Source: Alphaproteobacteria bacterium MarineAlpha12_Bin1
GTDB lineage: Bacteria; Pseudomonadota; Alphaproteobacteria; UBA6615
Assembly (NCBI GenBank): GCA_002937505.1
Contig: PTJY01000001.1
Span: forward strand, 472,986 to 536,985
DNA length: 64,000 bases
Direction: 5' to 3'
Position numbers and translations under genes: made by a program. Below the pieces are notes generated by a model. The model was not told the origin of the DNA. It searched no databases and saw only the letters and a list, made by a program, of their open reading frames with translations. Of this stretch, positions 19,434 through 30,752 are shown piece after piece (the first letter of the stretch is position 1; each line of letters starts with the position of its first letter).

Positions 19434-20201
19434 TCAGGTAGTGTTTTTTAAATTTAATTTGTTCACAATCGCGCGTGCATATTCTAGGTCAGAAGGAGTA
19501 TCGACACCAACTGGAACTGTGTCAACGAGTGCTGCATCAATTCGCATGCCAGATTCTAATGCACGCAACTGTTCTAGACGTTCGCGTTCCTCTAACCCAC
19601 TAATTGGTAAATCTATAAATTCTTCTAATATTTCTCGGCGATAGGCATAAATACCAATATGATGATAATGATAACCATCCCCAGAAGGGACAACAGATCT
19701 ACTAAAATACAGTGCACGCCCCTGATTAGGGTTTTTTTTGATAGATAGTACTGCTTTAACCACATTAGGGTTAAAACGCTCCTCATCATTCGTGATAGGG
19801 CTGACTAATGTGGCAATATCAACTTCAGGATTTTCCAAAACCTTAAATGCTCTTTTAATACATTCTGGATCCAGTGTGGGCAAATCTCCCTGAAGATTTA
19901 TTATTGCATCATATTCCTTATTGGGATCGAGCTTATCAATAGCCTCTGCAACACGATCAGAGCCTGATGGCAAATCAGCATTTGTTAAAACAGAAGTTCC
20001 TCCAACATTTTCTATAACCTCCGCAATCTCTTTCTCTGCACAAGCTACAACGACTGGTCCAATATCTGCTTGTAGTGCTTTTCGCCAACAATGTACTATC
20101 ATGGGGTCATCTGCTATCAACGCCAATGGCTTACCAGGCAATCTAGCGGACCCCATCCGGGCTGGTATAATTACAATAGGGTTTTGGGGAGGAGATCTCA
20201 T
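19434..20201 (-). CDS. kdsB: 3-deoxy-manno-octulosonate cytidylyltransferase (CMP-KDO synthetase)
   Basis: N-terminus IIPARMGSARLPGKPL and overall KdsB length. Separated from pheA by 8 nt. Confidence 0.85.
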   Translation of the reverse strand: MRSPPQNPIVIIPARMGSARLPGKPLALIADDPMIVHCWRKALQADIGPVVVACAEKEIAEVIENVGGTSVLTNADLPSGSDRVAEAIDKLDPNKEYDAIINLQGDLPTLDPECIKRAFKVLENPEVDIATLVSPITNDEERFNPNVVKAVLSIKKNPNQGRALYFSRSVVPSGDGYHYHHIGIYAYRREILEEFIDLPISGLEERERLEQLRALESGMRIDAALVDTVPVGVDTPSDLEYARAIVNKLNLKNTT

Positions 20202-20461
20202 GAATCGAATAGCACCTTATAGAGCTTTCTGAATTAGAAGAAAAAACTAACTAGCAAAAAATCTGCCATAAAAACACTCAACTAGGGTAGTTTTTAATAT
20301 GACCAACAGATATACCTCGTTAACATAATCAGAACACTCCTTTTTTAATAAATCTTAACTATTTTTTCATACATAATTCTCGTACTTCTGGAGGACAGAA
20401 CTATCATATATATTAAACATGTTCTTTATCTAAAGATTACCATTTTTTCATGGAGTAGTTT

Positions 20462-21268
20462 ATGAAGGGTTTAAACCCAGCTGAACTTGTAGATTTAGCC
20501 TTAAAACTAGCTGACGAAAGTGGTCCGATTGTTCTTAATTACTTTCGGAAAAGTTTGTCTGTTGAGTTCAAAAGCGATGATAGCCCCGTAACTAAAGCTG
20601 ACAAAGAAGCCGAATCTGCCCTAAGAAGGCTATTAGCTCTAGAAACACCTAATTTTGGCGTTTTTGGCGAGGAATACGGGGAAGAGCGGATTAATTCAGA
20701 GTATGTTTGGGTGATCGATCCAATCGATGGAACTAGAGCATTCATAAATGGGATACCTCTATTTGGTACCTTAATTGCACTTACACGCCACGGAAAACCA
20801 ATTTTAGGTCTCGTGGACCATCCAGCATTAAAAGAAAGATGGCTTGGTGTCGATGGGCAGCCCACTCTTCACTGGGGAAGAGGGGATGAAGGAGTTCCGG
20901 TCGAGTCTCGTGATTGTGGGATGATCTCCAAAGCGTTACTTTGTGCATCTTCACCTGAGATGTTTTCAAAGAATCAGCTGGACCTTTTTAATCTCGTTTC
21001 GGATGCGGCTCGAGACACGAGGTTTGGAACTGATTGCTATGGCTATTCTATGCTTGCCAGTGGCCAAACGGATCTGGTTGTTGAAGCTGGTATGCAACCC
21101 TACGACTATCTTGCGCACGCGGTAGTTGTAAGTGGAGCGGGCGGAAAAATCACCGACTGGAAAGGAGAAGAGTTAACTTTGAACTCGTCAGATACAGTAG
21201 TCGCGGCTGGAAGCCCAAAAATACACGAACAAATTATCCAACTATTTTCAAATTTAAAAGCTAAGTAG
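20462..21268 (+). CDS. inositol monophosphatase-family phosphatase (possibly histidinol-phosphatase HisN type)
   Basis: Lithium-sensitive IMPase motifs (WVIDPIDGT, D..G). Confidence 0.7.
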   Translation: MKGLNPAELVDLALKLADESGPIVLNYFRKSLSVEFKSDDSPVTKADKEAESALRRLLALETPNFGVFGEEYGEERINSEYVWVIDPIDGTRAFINGIPLFGTLIALTRHGKPILGLVDHPALKERWLGVDGQPTLHWGRGDEGVPVESRDCGMISKALLCASSPEMFSKNQLDLFNLVSDAARDTRFGTDCYGYSMLASGQTDLVVEAGMQPYDYLAHAVVVSGAGGKITDWKGEELTLNSSDTVVAAGSPKIHEQIIQLFSNLKAK

Positions 21269-21270
21269 TT

Positions 21271-21804
21271 ATGGTTCAGCGTATAGGTATTTCTATAACA
21301 TGTAGTGACCAAATAGGATTACTGGCGACTATAACCGGTCGTTTATTCGATCTAAATGCTGATTTGGGAAACACAAGCTTCTCGGTTAAGAAAAAAATAG
21401 CCGAATTTTATTCAGTTGCGGAGTTTAAGAATCTTCTAGATAAAAAAGATCTAGCTGTAGAGTTAAATAAATTACCCGGGCTTGAAAACGCAAAAATAAT
21501 CGTATCTGAATATCAGCCAACTATTGCAGAGGAAAACCAGCTTCAGATTACATATTCTGTGGAACTTCGAGGAGAAGATCGACCCGGGCTAGTAGCTAGA
21601 ATGGCGGAAGTTTTTGCTGAATTTGAGTCTAATATAGTAACTATGAATAGCCAGGTGATTTCACAAAATGGTAATCCGGATTACTTAATTCGTTTTGGGG
21701 TGTATATACCCAATAAAAGAGCGGCAAGCTGCATCGCAGCAATAGACAACACTGCTAAAAGCCTGGGTCTTGCATGTAATTTTGACAAAGTGGAAGTAAA
21801 ATAG
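21271..21804 (+). CDS. tandem ACT-domain regulatory protein (GcvR-like)
   Basis: Two ~80-aa ACT-like repeats (GISITCSDQIGLLATIT..; ..RGEDRPGLVARMAEVF). Confidence 0.55.
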   Translation: MVQRIGISITCSDQIGLLATITGRLFDLNADLGNTSFSVKKKIAEFYSVAEFKNLLDKKDLAVELNKLPGLENAKIIVSEYQPTIAEENQLQITYSVELRGEDRPGLVARMAEVFAEFESNIVTMNSQVISQNGNPDYLIRFGVYIPNKRAASCIAAIDNTAKSLGLACNFDKVEVK

Positions 21805-21913
21805 ATGCTTTAAATAGTTCGTTACTTTTGTATCAAGATATTTCTTGTAAGATTGATTAACGGATTAAATCCGGCTGTTTTATTTTTACCTTAGCTATAC
21901 GTGGGGAAAGAGC

Positions 21914-23764
21914 ATGTATCAGAAAAAATTGTTAGCTACATTGACTACTTTCATATTGTTAATAACGGATATAATGGTTTCATCTTCAAGTGCTTCTGGT
22001 CCCGCTCACGCGATAGCAATGCACGGTAATCCTAAGTTTGGAGCCAATTACAAGCATTTTGATTATGTTAACCCTCTTGCCGTAAAAGGTGGCAAAAAAA
22101 TAACTTCAGCAACAGGAACTTTCGATAGTCTGAACCCATTTATTTTACAAGGGAACCCTGCAAACATCAGCTTAATTTATGACTCACTTATGGTTCAATC
22201 TGTAGACGAGGCATTTACGTTATATTGCTTGCTTTGTGAATCGATAGAAACACCTAAGGACAGATCTTGGGTCGAATTTACATTAAGAGATGATGCTTTC
22301 TGGCATGATGGAAAAAAAATAACTGTCAAAGACGTAATATTTTCTTTCAATATCTTACAAAAAAAAGGAAGGCCGTTTTATAGGTTTTACTATGGAAGCG
22401 TATCAAATGTTACTCAGACTGGCCCCAGAAAGGTAAAATTCACTTTTTCAGGAAAACCAAATCCGGAACTACCCTTAATTTTGGGCGATTTAACAATTCT
22501 ACCTAAACATTATTGGGAATCCAGAGATTTTTCAAAAGCTTCTCTGGATCCACCACTTGGTAGCGGCCCATATCGAATTTTTGATGTTAAACCAGGCAGA
22601 TCAATTACTTTAAAGAGAGTGAACAATTATTGGGGAAGATATCATCCAGCAAAAGTTGGTTTTGATAATATAGACATTATTAGAATTGATTATTTTAGGG
22701 ACAGAACAGTAGCTAGGGAGGCCTTTAAAGGGGGCAACCTAGATCTTTGGATAGAAAACTCAGCAAAAGAGTGGGCAACAGCGTTCAATATCCCACCTGT
22801 TCGAGACGGCCATATTATTAAAAAAGATTTTCCTCATCAACGAACTGCTGGAATGCAAGGATTTATTTTTAATATTAGAAAATCTTTATTTAGGGATCGC
22901 CAAGTTAGGAAAGCTTTAAACCTTGCATGGGATTTTGAGTGGTATAATAAAAATCTAGCCTATAGCGCTTATAGCCGAACTGATAGTTATTTTGACAACT
23001 CAGAGCTAGGTAGCAGGGGTTTTCTATCAGATGCTGGTCAAGAAGAGCGAGCAATACTTCATAAATACAAACAGTATCTTCCCAGTGAACTATTTAAAAA
23101 TGTTTACATTCCCCCATCCACTGACGGATCCGGTTCAAGGGGAATAAGGAATAACCTCAAAAAAGCTGGAAAAATTTTGAAACTAGCGGGATGGAAAATA
23201 CAAAACGGTGTTTTAGTGAATTCTAGTACAAAAAAGCCGTTTAAGTTTGAAATACTTCTTGTCCAACCAGCTTTTGAAAGAATGGCACTACCTTTTGCCC
23301 GGAACCTAAAAAGACTAGGAATACAGGCAAATGTAAGAATTGTGGACAGCGCACAATATCAAGCGAGAATTGACAGTCGGGACTTCGATATGATTGTGGG
23401 AGCCTGGGGTCAATCTCAATCTCCAGGAAATGAACAAAGAGATTTTTGGAGTAGCAGAGCCGCAATAGAGAAAGGTTCGAGAAATAGTGTAGGAATAAAC
23501 AGCAAGGTGATTGATGAACTAATTGAGTTGGTGATAGCAGCCCAAACAAGAGAGAGTTTGGTTCAAAGAACTAGGGCTTTAGACCGTGTCCTTCTTTGGG
23601 GATACTATGTAATACCCCACTTTCACCTCTCTAATGATCGAATAGCATATTGGAATAAGTTTGGAAAACCCAAAAAAATACCTATTTTAGGGGAGGCGAC
23701 AAACCTTTCGGCGTGGTGGATAGACACAGAAAAAGAAGAAGAACTAATCAAACGCAATAGATAA
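21914..23764 (+). CDS. yejA: ABC transporter substrate-binding protein, family 5 (YejA-like peptide/microcin-C type)
   Basis: 616 aa with signal peptide and SBP_bac_5 architecture. Followed by two permeases and a double ATPase. Confidence 0.65.
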   Translation: MYQKKLLATLTTFILLITDIMVSSSSASGPAHAIAMHGNPKFGANYKHFDYVNPLAVKGGKKITSATGTFDSLNPFILQGNPANISLIYDSLMVQSVDEAFTLYCLLCESIETPKDRSWVEFTLRDDAFWHDGKKITVKDVIFSFNILQKKGRPFYRFYYGSVSNVTQTGPRKVKFTFSGKPNPELPLILGDLTILPKHYWESRDFSKASLDPPLGSGPYRIFDVKPGRSITLKRVNNYWGRYHPAKVGFDNIDIIRIDYFRDRTVAREAFKGGNLDLWIENSAKEWATAFNIPPVRDGHIIKKDFPHQRTAGMQGFIFNIRKSLFRDRQVRKALNLAWDFEWYNKNLAYSAYSRTDSYFDNSELGSRGFLSDAGQEERAILHKYKQYLPSELFKNVYIPPSTDGSGSRGIRNNLKKAGKILKLAGWKIQNGVLVNSSTKKPFKFEILLVQPAFERMALPFARNLKRLGIQANVRIVDSAQYQARIDSRDFDMIVGAWGQSQSPGNEQRDFWSSRAAIEKGSRNSVGINSKVIDELIELVIAAQTRESLVQRTRALDRVLLWGYYVIPHFHLSNDRIAYWNKFGKPKKIPILGEATNLSAWWIDTEKEEELIKRNR

Positions 23765-23811
23765 TTAAACAACTTCTAGCCCAGGTAAACAAACAAGGAT
23801 AAGTTAGTAAA

Positions 23812-24930
23812 ATGCTAAACTATATTATCCGTCGTCTTTTGCTTATTATTCCAACTCTTTTTGGAATAATGATTGTTAACTTTATAGTTATTCAAACTGC
23901 CCCAGGCGGACCGGTTGAACAAATAATAGCTCAAATACAAGGTAATGCAGTCGACGCAACAGCTCGGGTGTCTGGCGGAGGAGCAGAACTAACTAATAAT
24001 GGCCTAGAAGAAAAGCAAAACTTTAGCCAGACCAGTGGTTTTGAATCCAAATATAGGGGTGCAAGAGGTTTGCCTCCTGAGCTAATTTCTGAAATAGAAA
24101 AAATGGTAGGTTTTGACAAGCCTATACATATTCGTTTTATAAATATGATGGGTAATTACGCTACATTCAATTTTGGTGACAGTTTCTATAAAGATCAAAA
24201 AGTTGTTGATTTAGTATTGGATGCAATGCCAGTTTCAATCAGTCTGGGACTGTGGACCACACTTCTTACTTACTTAATTTGTATACCTTTAGGAATCAGA
24301 AAAGCAATCAAAGACGGAAGCCGTTTTGATGCTTGGACGAGTGGAGTGATAATTTTTGGGAATGCTGTACCTAGCTTCTTATTCGCAATACTATTGATCG
24401 TTATATTTGCCGGAGGAAGCTTTGTCGATTGGTTTCCCCTGAGAGGACTAGTTTCAGAAAACTGGTCTGAGCTCAGCTTTTTCAGAAAAATTATCGATTA
24501 TCTGTGGCATATCGCACTTCCCGTTATTGCTCTTACTATTGGCGCTTTTGCTGGTTTAACAATGTTAACGAAAAACTCGTTTTTGGATCAAATAAACCAA
24601 CAGTATGTAATCACAGCCCGGGCAAAAGGGTTAACAGAAAACAGAGTTCTATACGGGCATGTGTTCCGCAATGCCATGCTAATAGTGATTGCAGGCTTCC
24701 CTGCTGCTTTTATCGGAATTTTGTTTACCGGGTCACTACTTATAGAGGTTATTTTTTCTCTAAACGGGCTAGGCCTTTTGGGCTTCGAAGCAGCTCTTAA
24801 TAGAGATTTCCCTGTTCTTTTTGGTACACTTTTCTTTTTTTCATTACTGGGGCTGTTGATGGGTCTAATAGGAGACCTAGCATATATGATAATTGATCCT
24901 CGAATTGATTTTGAAAGCAGAGATGTTTGA
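23812..24930 (+). CDS. yejB: ABC transporter permease (YejB-like)
   Basis: BPD-transporter permease with a long periplasmic loop, typical of YejB/OppB-like proteins. Confidence 0.65.
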   Translation: MLNYIIRRLLLIIPTLFGIMIVNFIVIQTAPGGPVEQIIAQIQGNAVDATARVSGGGAELTNNGLEEKQNFSQTSGFESKYRGARGLPPELISEIEKMVGFDKPIHIRFINMMGNYATFNFGDSFYKDQKVVDLVLDAMPVSISLGLWTTLLTYLICIPLGIRKAIKDGSRFDAWTSGVIIFGNAVPSFLFAILLIVIFAGGSFVDWFPLRGLVSENWSELSFFRKIIDYLWHIALPVIALTIGAFAGLTMLTKNSFLDQINQQYVITARAKGLTENRVLYGHVFRNAMLIVIAGFPAAFIGILFTGSLLIEVIFSLNGLGLLGFEAALNRDFPVLFGTLFFFSLLGLLMGLIGDLAYMIIDPRIDFESRDV

Positions 24931-26002
24931 GGAGATAATGAACGAAAGAAACCTCAAATTCATGGGAAGGCCCATATCACCTTTAACAGAAAGAAGACTT
25001 TCAAATTTCCGTGCTAATAAACGAGGTTATTGGTCTCTTTGGATATTTGTAGTTTTATTTATTTTTACTCTTTTTGCTGAGTTTATTTCTAATGACAAAC
25101 CACTCTTGGTAAGCTTCGAAGAAAATTTTTACTACCCTATTTTCCAAAGCTACCCAGAAACTGTTTTCGGGGGGGATTTCGAGACAGAAACTAACTACAC
25201 TGACCCTTATGTAATAGAACTTATAGAAAAAAAGGGCTGGATCATTTGGCCACTAATACCATACAGCTACGATACAGCAGTAATAGACTTACAAAGCCCC
25301 GCACCATCACCACCGACTACGCAAAACTGGTTGGGAACCGATGATCAAGCCCGCGACGTAACAGCTCGCTTGATATATGGCTTTAGAATCTCTGTACTTT
25401 TCGGTTTCACACTAACTATTCTTTCTAGCTTCATTGGTATCATATCGGGAGCAATCCAGGGGTATTTTGGTGGTTGGATTGATTTGTTGTTTCAAAGGTT
25501 TATTGAAATATGGTCTTCTTTACCCACATTATTTTTATTAATTATTTTAGCTTCTGTAGTTGAACCAACCTTTTGGTTGCTTTTAGGTCTTATGCTTTTA
25601 TTTAGTTGGATGTCCTTAGTAGGAGTTGTTAGGGCAGAGTTTCTAAGAGCACGAAATTTTGATTACGTTAGAGCTGCCCGCGCCCTAGGAATGCCTAACT
25701 GGCAGATAATGTTTCGTCACGTGCTCCCTAACGCAATGGTTGCAACGCTGACCTTTCTCCCGTTTATCACTGCAGGATCAATAACCGTCTTGACTTCTTT
25801 AGACTTTCTTGGCTTTGGACTACCTCCAGGTTCTCCTTCACTAGGAGAGATGCTAAAACAAGGAAAAGAAAATATACAGGCCCCTTGGCTTGGATTTACT
25901 GCATTCTTATCTATAGCCATTATGCTTAGCCTAATGATTTTCATAGGAGAGGCTATTCGTGATGCCTATGATCCGCGCAAACAAATAAAAGAGGGGTTAT
26001 AG
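24923..26002 (+). CDS. yejE: ABC transporter permease (YejE-like)
   Basis: OppC-like permease. The likely start ATG at 24923 overlaps the yejB stop (ATGTTTGA), suggesting translational coupling. The ORF track's 24893 start is probably too far upstream. Confidence 0.6.
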   Translation: MFEEIMNERNLKFMGRPISPLTERRLSNFRANKRGYWSLWIFVVLFIFTLFAEFISNDKPLLVSFEENFYYPIFQSYPETVFGGDFETETNYTDPYVIELIEKKGWIIWPLIPYSYDTAVIDLQSPAPSPPTTQNWLGTDDQARDVTARLIYGFRISVLFGFTLTILSSFIGIISGAIQGYFGGWIDLLFQRFIEIWSSLPTLFLLIILASVVEPTFWLLLGLMLLFSWMSLVGVVRAEFLRARNFDYVRAARALGMPNWQIMFRHVLPNAMVATLTFLPFITAGSITVLTSLDFLGFGLPPGSPSLGEMLKQGKENIQAPWLGFTAFLSIAIMLSLMIFIGEAIRDAYDPRKQIKEGL

Positions 26003-26005
26003 GCC

Positions 26006-27628
26006 ATGGTTAATCCCTTATTATTGGTAGAAGACCTATCAGTTGATTTTATAGTTTCTGGAAAAAAAATTGAAGCAGTAAGTAATGTAAACTTTCAAAT
26101 TGAAAAGGGTGAGACAGTTGCCCTCGTGGGCGAATCTGGCTCAGGAAAATCTGTCACCGCTCTCTCTATAATGCAATTGCTTCCTTACCCTTCAGCACGC
26201 CATCCTAATGGGTCAATTATATTTAACAACCAAGAAGTGATTGGTTCATCTCAGGGTATGATGAAAAATATTCGAGGAAATGAAATCTCAATTATATTCC
26301 AAGAGCCAATGACGTCACTAAATCCTCTACACACTATAGAAAAACAAATTAATGAAGTGCTTTTCATTCATAGAGGGCTAACAAAAGACAACGCTTTTTC
26401 TAGAACATTGGAATTGCTCGAGTTAGTCGGTTTAGCTGATGCCAAAAAACGTTTGGACGCCTACCCACACGAGCTTTCCGGTGGGGAACGTCAAAGGGTG
26501 ATGATTGCAATGGCCTTAGCCAACGAACCTAAGTTACTAATTGCTGATGAACCAACAACAGCATTAGATGTTACCATACAAGCACAAATACTTGAACTAC
26601 TGCTCGATCTTCAAAACAAATTCGATATGTCAATGCTTTTCATAACGCACGATCTAGGCATAGTAAAAAAGATGGCACAGAAAGTATGCGTTATGCATAA
26701 GGGAAAAATCGTTGAAAGTGGGTCTATAAGCAACATATTCGATAACCCTAGCCATGACTACACCAAACATTTGCTATCTGCTGAACCTTCTGGCCAAGCG
26801 TTAAGACCTAAACGTGGGGCAAAGAGAATTCTACAAGCAAGAAATATAAAAGTCTGGTTTCCTATAAAAGAAGGCCTTCTTAAGCGAACAAAGGATTATC
26901 TAAAAGCCGTTGATAACATTTCTGTTGAGGTGCGTGAGGGTCAAACTGTTGGAGTAGTTGGAGAGTCAGGGTCAGGAAAAACCACGCTTGGGCTTGCCTT
27001 GCTTAGACTAGAAAAATCAGAGGGAAGCATCGAGTTCAACCAACAAAAGATAAGTGAAATTAGAACAAATAAGTTACGCCAACTTAGACGTGAAATACAA
27101 ATTGTGTTTCAAGACCCATTTGGCAGTCTAAGTCCAAGAATGTCGGTGTCACAGATAATCGAAGAAGGATTGAATATTCATAAGATCGCTAGTAGTTCAA
27201 ATGAAAAAACTGATCTGATTGTAAAAGCAATGGAAGAAGTGGGTCTCGACCCTGATAGTCGTTATCGGTTTCCTCATGAATTTTCTGGAGGACAGCGCCA
27301 ACGTATTGCAATCGCACGTGCAATAGTCTTAAAACCGAAATTTATAGTACTTGATGAACCCACCTCGGCTCTCGATCGTTCAGTGCAGGCACAGATTATA
27401 GATCTTCTCAGGAACCTCCAGACAAAACATGGTCTCGGATATTTATTCATAAGTCATGATTTAAAAGTTATAAGGGCAATATCTGACCGTGTAATAGTCA
27501 TGCGTCATGGTAAAATTATAGAAAATAACACCTCATCGAGGATTTTTGAAAACCCAGAAGATCCCTATACAAAATCCTTACTAGCAGCCGCATTTGACCT
27601 AGAAGTGATTAAAACAAACAAAATTTGA
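26006..27628 (+). CDS. yejF: ABC transporter ATP-binding protein with duplicated ATPase domains (YejF-like)
   Basis: Two Walker A motifs (GESGSGKS twice), two LSGGQ-type signatures, and two oligopeptide C-terminal segments. Confidence 0.75.
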   Translation: MVNPLLLVEDLSVDFIVSGKKIEAVSNVNFQIEKGETVALVGESGSGKSVTALSIMQLLPYPSARHPNGSIIFNNQEVIGSSQGMMKNIRGNEISIIFQEPMTSLNPLHTIEKQINEVLFIHRGLTKDNAFSRTLELLELVGLADAKKRLDAYPHELSGGERQRVMIAMALANEPKLLIADEPTTALDVTIQAQILELLLDLQNKFDMSMLFITHDLGIVKKMAQKVCVMHKGKIVESGSISNIFDNPSHDYTKHLLSAEPSGQALRPKRGAKRILQARNIKVWFPIKEGLLKRTKDYLKAVDNISVEVREGQTVGVVGESGSGKTTLGLALLRLEKSEGSIEFNQQKISEIRTNKLRQLRREIQIVFQDPFGSLSPRMSVSQIIEEGLNIHKIASSSNEKTDLIVKAMEEVGLDPDSRYRFPHEFSGGQRQRIAIARAIVLKPKFIVLDEPTSALDRSVQAQIIDLLRNLQTKHGLGYLFISHDLKVIRAISDRVIVMRHGKIIENNTSSRIFENPEDPYTKSLLAAAFDLEVIKTNKI

Positions 27629-27647
27629 TGATAAAAAGATACTTGTC

Positions 27648-28583
27648 ATGACACTACTAATTCTAGCGCCTAATGCTCGTCCACAAATTTGGGCCAAAGA
27701 GTTTAAACGTTTAGACCCAAATTTAGATGTTAGGATTTGGCCAAATGTCGATCATTTGGAAGATATTACCTATGCGCTTGTGTGGAATGCCCCAGAAGGA
27801 GTCCTTTCAACCTTACCAAATTTAAGAATAATTTTTTCTATGGGCGCCGGTGTTGATCATTTTTTTTTAGATTCTTCTTTACCTGATAATGTGACTATAT
27901 GTCGGGTGGTTGATTCGCTTCTGACCGCAGCCATGCGTGAATATGTTATTCTGCATACCCTTAGGTATCATAGAAATCTGCCAGAACTTGAGCAACAACA
28001 AAAAAATCATACATGGAATGAATTAGCAGATAAACAAATTCATGCAAAAGATCAGACAATAGGATTACTCGGACTTGGTGTACTTGGAAAATCCTGCGCT
28101 ACATTGCTTGCCGAAATGAAATTCAGAGTATACGGCTGGAGTCGATCTCCAAAAAACATAGATGGAGTGTCATGCTTTCATGGGGAAGAGGAACTTAAAA
28201 CGGTTCTTCAAAATTCAAAAATATTAGTTTGTTTGTTACCGCTGACAAAAGAAACCAAGGGTATTTTAAACGCTTGTTTATTTTCTGAACTTCCCAAGGG
28301 GGCTTGTCTTATTAATGCTGCGCGTGGACAACACCTCGTTGAAGAAGACCTTTTAAACGCACTTGATAGTGGTCAACTATCGTATGCAACTTTGGACGTA
28401 TTTAATGAAGAGCCCCTACCAGTTCAACATCCCTTTTGGGAACACCCAAAAATCACAATAACACCACACAACGCATCAATCACGGATCCAAAGAGTGTGT
28501 CTAAACAAATTCATGAGAACATTCGCAGAGATGTTCTAAATATGCCCATATTAAATACCGTCAATAGTAAATTAGAATATTAA
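27648..28583 (+). CDS. D-2-hydroxyacid dehydrogenase (glyoxylate/hydroxypyruvate reductase A-like)
   Basis: NAD-binding GLGVLG motif and catalytic R/E/H arrangement (..NAARG..; HPF..HP..TPH). Confidence 0.7.
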   Translation: MTLLILAPNARPQIWAKEFKRLDPNLDVRIWPNVDHLEDITYALVWNAPEGVLSTLPNLRIIFSMGAGVDHFFLDSSLPDNVTICRVVDSLLTAAMREYVILHTLRYHRNLPELEQQQKNHTWNELADKQIHAKDQTIGLLGLGVLGKSCATLLAEMKFRVYGWSRSPKNIDGVSCFHGEEELKTVLQNSKILVCLLPLTKETKGILNACLFSELPKGACLINAARGQHLVEEDLLNALDSGQLSYATLDVFNEEPLPVQHPFWEHPKITITPHNASITDPKSVSKQIHENIRRDVLNMPILNTVNSKLEY

Positions 28584-28593
28584 ATTCATCTAA

Positions 28594-29220
28594 TTAGGCC
28601 ATCTCTATAAGAACCCATTTCTTGACCGCAGGTCTATCTGCAAGTCTTTTATACCAATTTCGTAAATTAGATAATTCGGGTCGTTCAATATCTAAGCTAA
28701 AAAAACGATGTGCTATTGGCCCAAGTGGTATATCCGCTAACGAGAATTTTTCACCTGCAACAAATCTGGTTTTTCCAAGTTGAGCATCTAGTATTTTCAT
28801 TCCATTGATCCAGGCCAATCTCGAAATTTCAATTTTTTCATCATCCCGATCTTCTGGTAAAGTTCTAACAATTCCAACCATAACCACGCCTTGATGAGGC
28901 GCTAAGACTGATAATTCCCAATCCATCCAACGTTCAACCAAGTTTCTAGCCCGCAAATCTGGAGGATAAAGCTCGCTTTTAAATTTACGTGCCATATAGC
29001 GAATAGCACTATTAGACTCCCACATTACAAAACCATCATCAATAATAGTAGGAACCTTCCCATTAGGGTTCATTAAGAGGTACTCTTTCGTATCGTTACG
29101 ACCAAAAGCACCACCAATTTCGTTATCATGTTCGTATTCTATACCCTCTTCTTCACATAGCCAGAGCACTTTTTGAACATTAGCTGAGGTTGCACGACCC
29201 AGTATTTTAATCAAGATCAC
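28594..29220 (-). CDS. glutathione S-transferase
   Basis: 208 aa with thioredoxin-like N-domain and helical C-domain. Confidence 0.7.
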   Translation of the reverse strand: MILIKILGRATSANVQKVLWLCEEEGIEYEHDNEIGGAFGRNDTKEYLLMNPNGKVPTIIDDGFVMWESNSAIRYMARKFKSELYPPDLRARNLVERWMDWELSVLAPHQGVVMVGIVRTLPEDRDDEKIEISRLAWINGMKILDAQLGKTRFVAGEKFSLADIPLGPIAHRFFSLDIERPELSNLRNWYKRLADRPAVKKWVLIEMA

Positions 29221-29291
29221 TTTCCATTTCTAAAAAAAATGGAGCCGCAAATTAACGGCTCCATGTAACATTATACATTGTGACTTTGTTT

Positions 29292-30602
29292 TTACTCTGC
29301 CGCTTCAGACATATCATGTCCCGAACGAGCTGTGATCTCATCTAAAGCAGGCTTAACCACTTCATTAAATTCTGTCATATTTTGGATAACCTTATCCTTA
29401 GGCATTTGTGCATAATGGTATATTAACGTTATGTACTCAGCGGGCATTTGTTCCCACTGGGCCACCAATTGGTCACGTACGGATTCAGCTGTACCAATTG
29501 CATAAAGCCCAGAAGATAACATCGACCCTATAACATCGTCTTCATCAAGTTTCCTTCGACCCATCGCTGCATAAAAGTTTTTCCAGATGTCGTAATCATG
29601 AGCCATTACGGCATCCATAGCTGCATCTTCGCTTTCAGCAATCTGCAACCAGCGTACTATATTTTGATTTTGTCCGGGCAACCAATTAAAGCCTGCTTTA
29701 GCAGCTGTTTCAGCATATTGAACACCCAAAGGCGCCGCCGTACTTATATCTGTGAAATAAGTCGGAATGAAACCCATTCTAGCATTATAATCTATTGTTT
29801 CCGGGCTCCCACTTCCTGAAACAAATACCGGAGGATGTGGATCTTGATACGGAGCGGGACATACAGATATATTAACAACATTGTTATTTTCATCGACTTC
29901 GTCTAAAGCACCCAATCTCTGAGTGACGCCAACTTGAGCTAACTGCCAATCGTCAACCCCTGTGTCGCCTGGGTAAGGTATTTGCCAAGCATTCCCTTTA
30001 TGACTCATCGAATCCTGGGTCCACGCTTTCAAGACAATTTCTATATTCTCTTCGAAAACATCACGATTATGCTGGTCGTTCTTTACATCTTTATCAGATA
30101 TCGTAAAACCACTCTGAGCAAAGCCTGCTCCAACAGCTGTCTGATTATTCTTAGCAGCAGTAGGTGACTTGGTTGAAGTCGTCCCGTAATGCTGCCCGAA
30201 CACATTCGTCCATCGGCTTTGATAACCTCTAGCAAAACCAACAAAGCTTCTTCCCTGAGTGAGATGATCTATAATTGCTGTCTCCTCTGCAACTCTGAGA
30301 GGATTCTGAATGCTCATAACATAACCGAGCTGTCCGACACGAACGTTCTTAGTAATTGCCGCCCAGTAGGCATCCATAATAGCTGGAGCTGGCCCCACTT
30401 CATATCCTTCAGACCAAAAGTGATGTTCGATAGTCGCCACACCCCAAAAGTTTTGATTATCAGCAGCTTTAATTACCTCGTGCCATCCCTGAACCGTCTC
30501 CTGGTAACGATCCTTATTCCGACCTATAGGACGAAGTTTAGCACGCTCTTCCTCACTTTCAGCGTAGATCACTGGGTAGGTCTGTAAAATCGGTTTAACC
30601 AT
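29292..30602 (-). CDS. LLM-class (luciferase-like) flavin-dependent oxidoreductase
   Basis: 436-aa TIM-barrel luciferase-like pattern. Clear paralog of the 35234..36469 ORF; both share the core IDHLT.G..FVGFARGYQSRWTN and end in AAE. Confidence 0.65.
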   Translation of the reverse strand: MVKPILQTYPVIYAESEEERAKLRPIGRNKDRYQETVQGWHEVIKAADNQNFWGVATIEHHFWSEGYEVGPAPAIMDAYWAAITKNVRVGQLGYVMSIQNPLRVAEETAIIDHLTQGRSFVGFARGYQSRWTNVFGQHYGTTSTKSPTAAKNNQTAVGAGFAQSGFTISDKDVKNDQHNRDVFEENIEIVLKAWTQDSMSHKGNAWQIPYPGDTGVDDWQLAQVGVTQRLGALDEVDENNNVVNISVCPAPYQDPHPPVFVSGSGSPETIDYNARMGFIPTYFTDISTAAPLGVQYAETAAKAGFNWLPGQNQNIVRWLQIAESEDAAMDAVMAHDYDIWKNFYAAMGRRKLDEDDVIGSMLSSGLYAIGTAESVRDQLVAQWEQMPAEYITLIYHYAQMPKDKVIQNMTEFNEVVKPALDEITARSGHDMSEAAE

Positions 30603-30752
30603 GGAATGCTCCCTATCGATTCAATTTAAAGTTGTAGTGTTATGAACATTATTGCTAAAGGATCTGTTATCAAATTTCAAATTATGTTTTTCGATAATGT
30701 TAATAGGTTGTAACTATAGCCAATATTATTAACCAAAGGCAAATTTTCCAAA

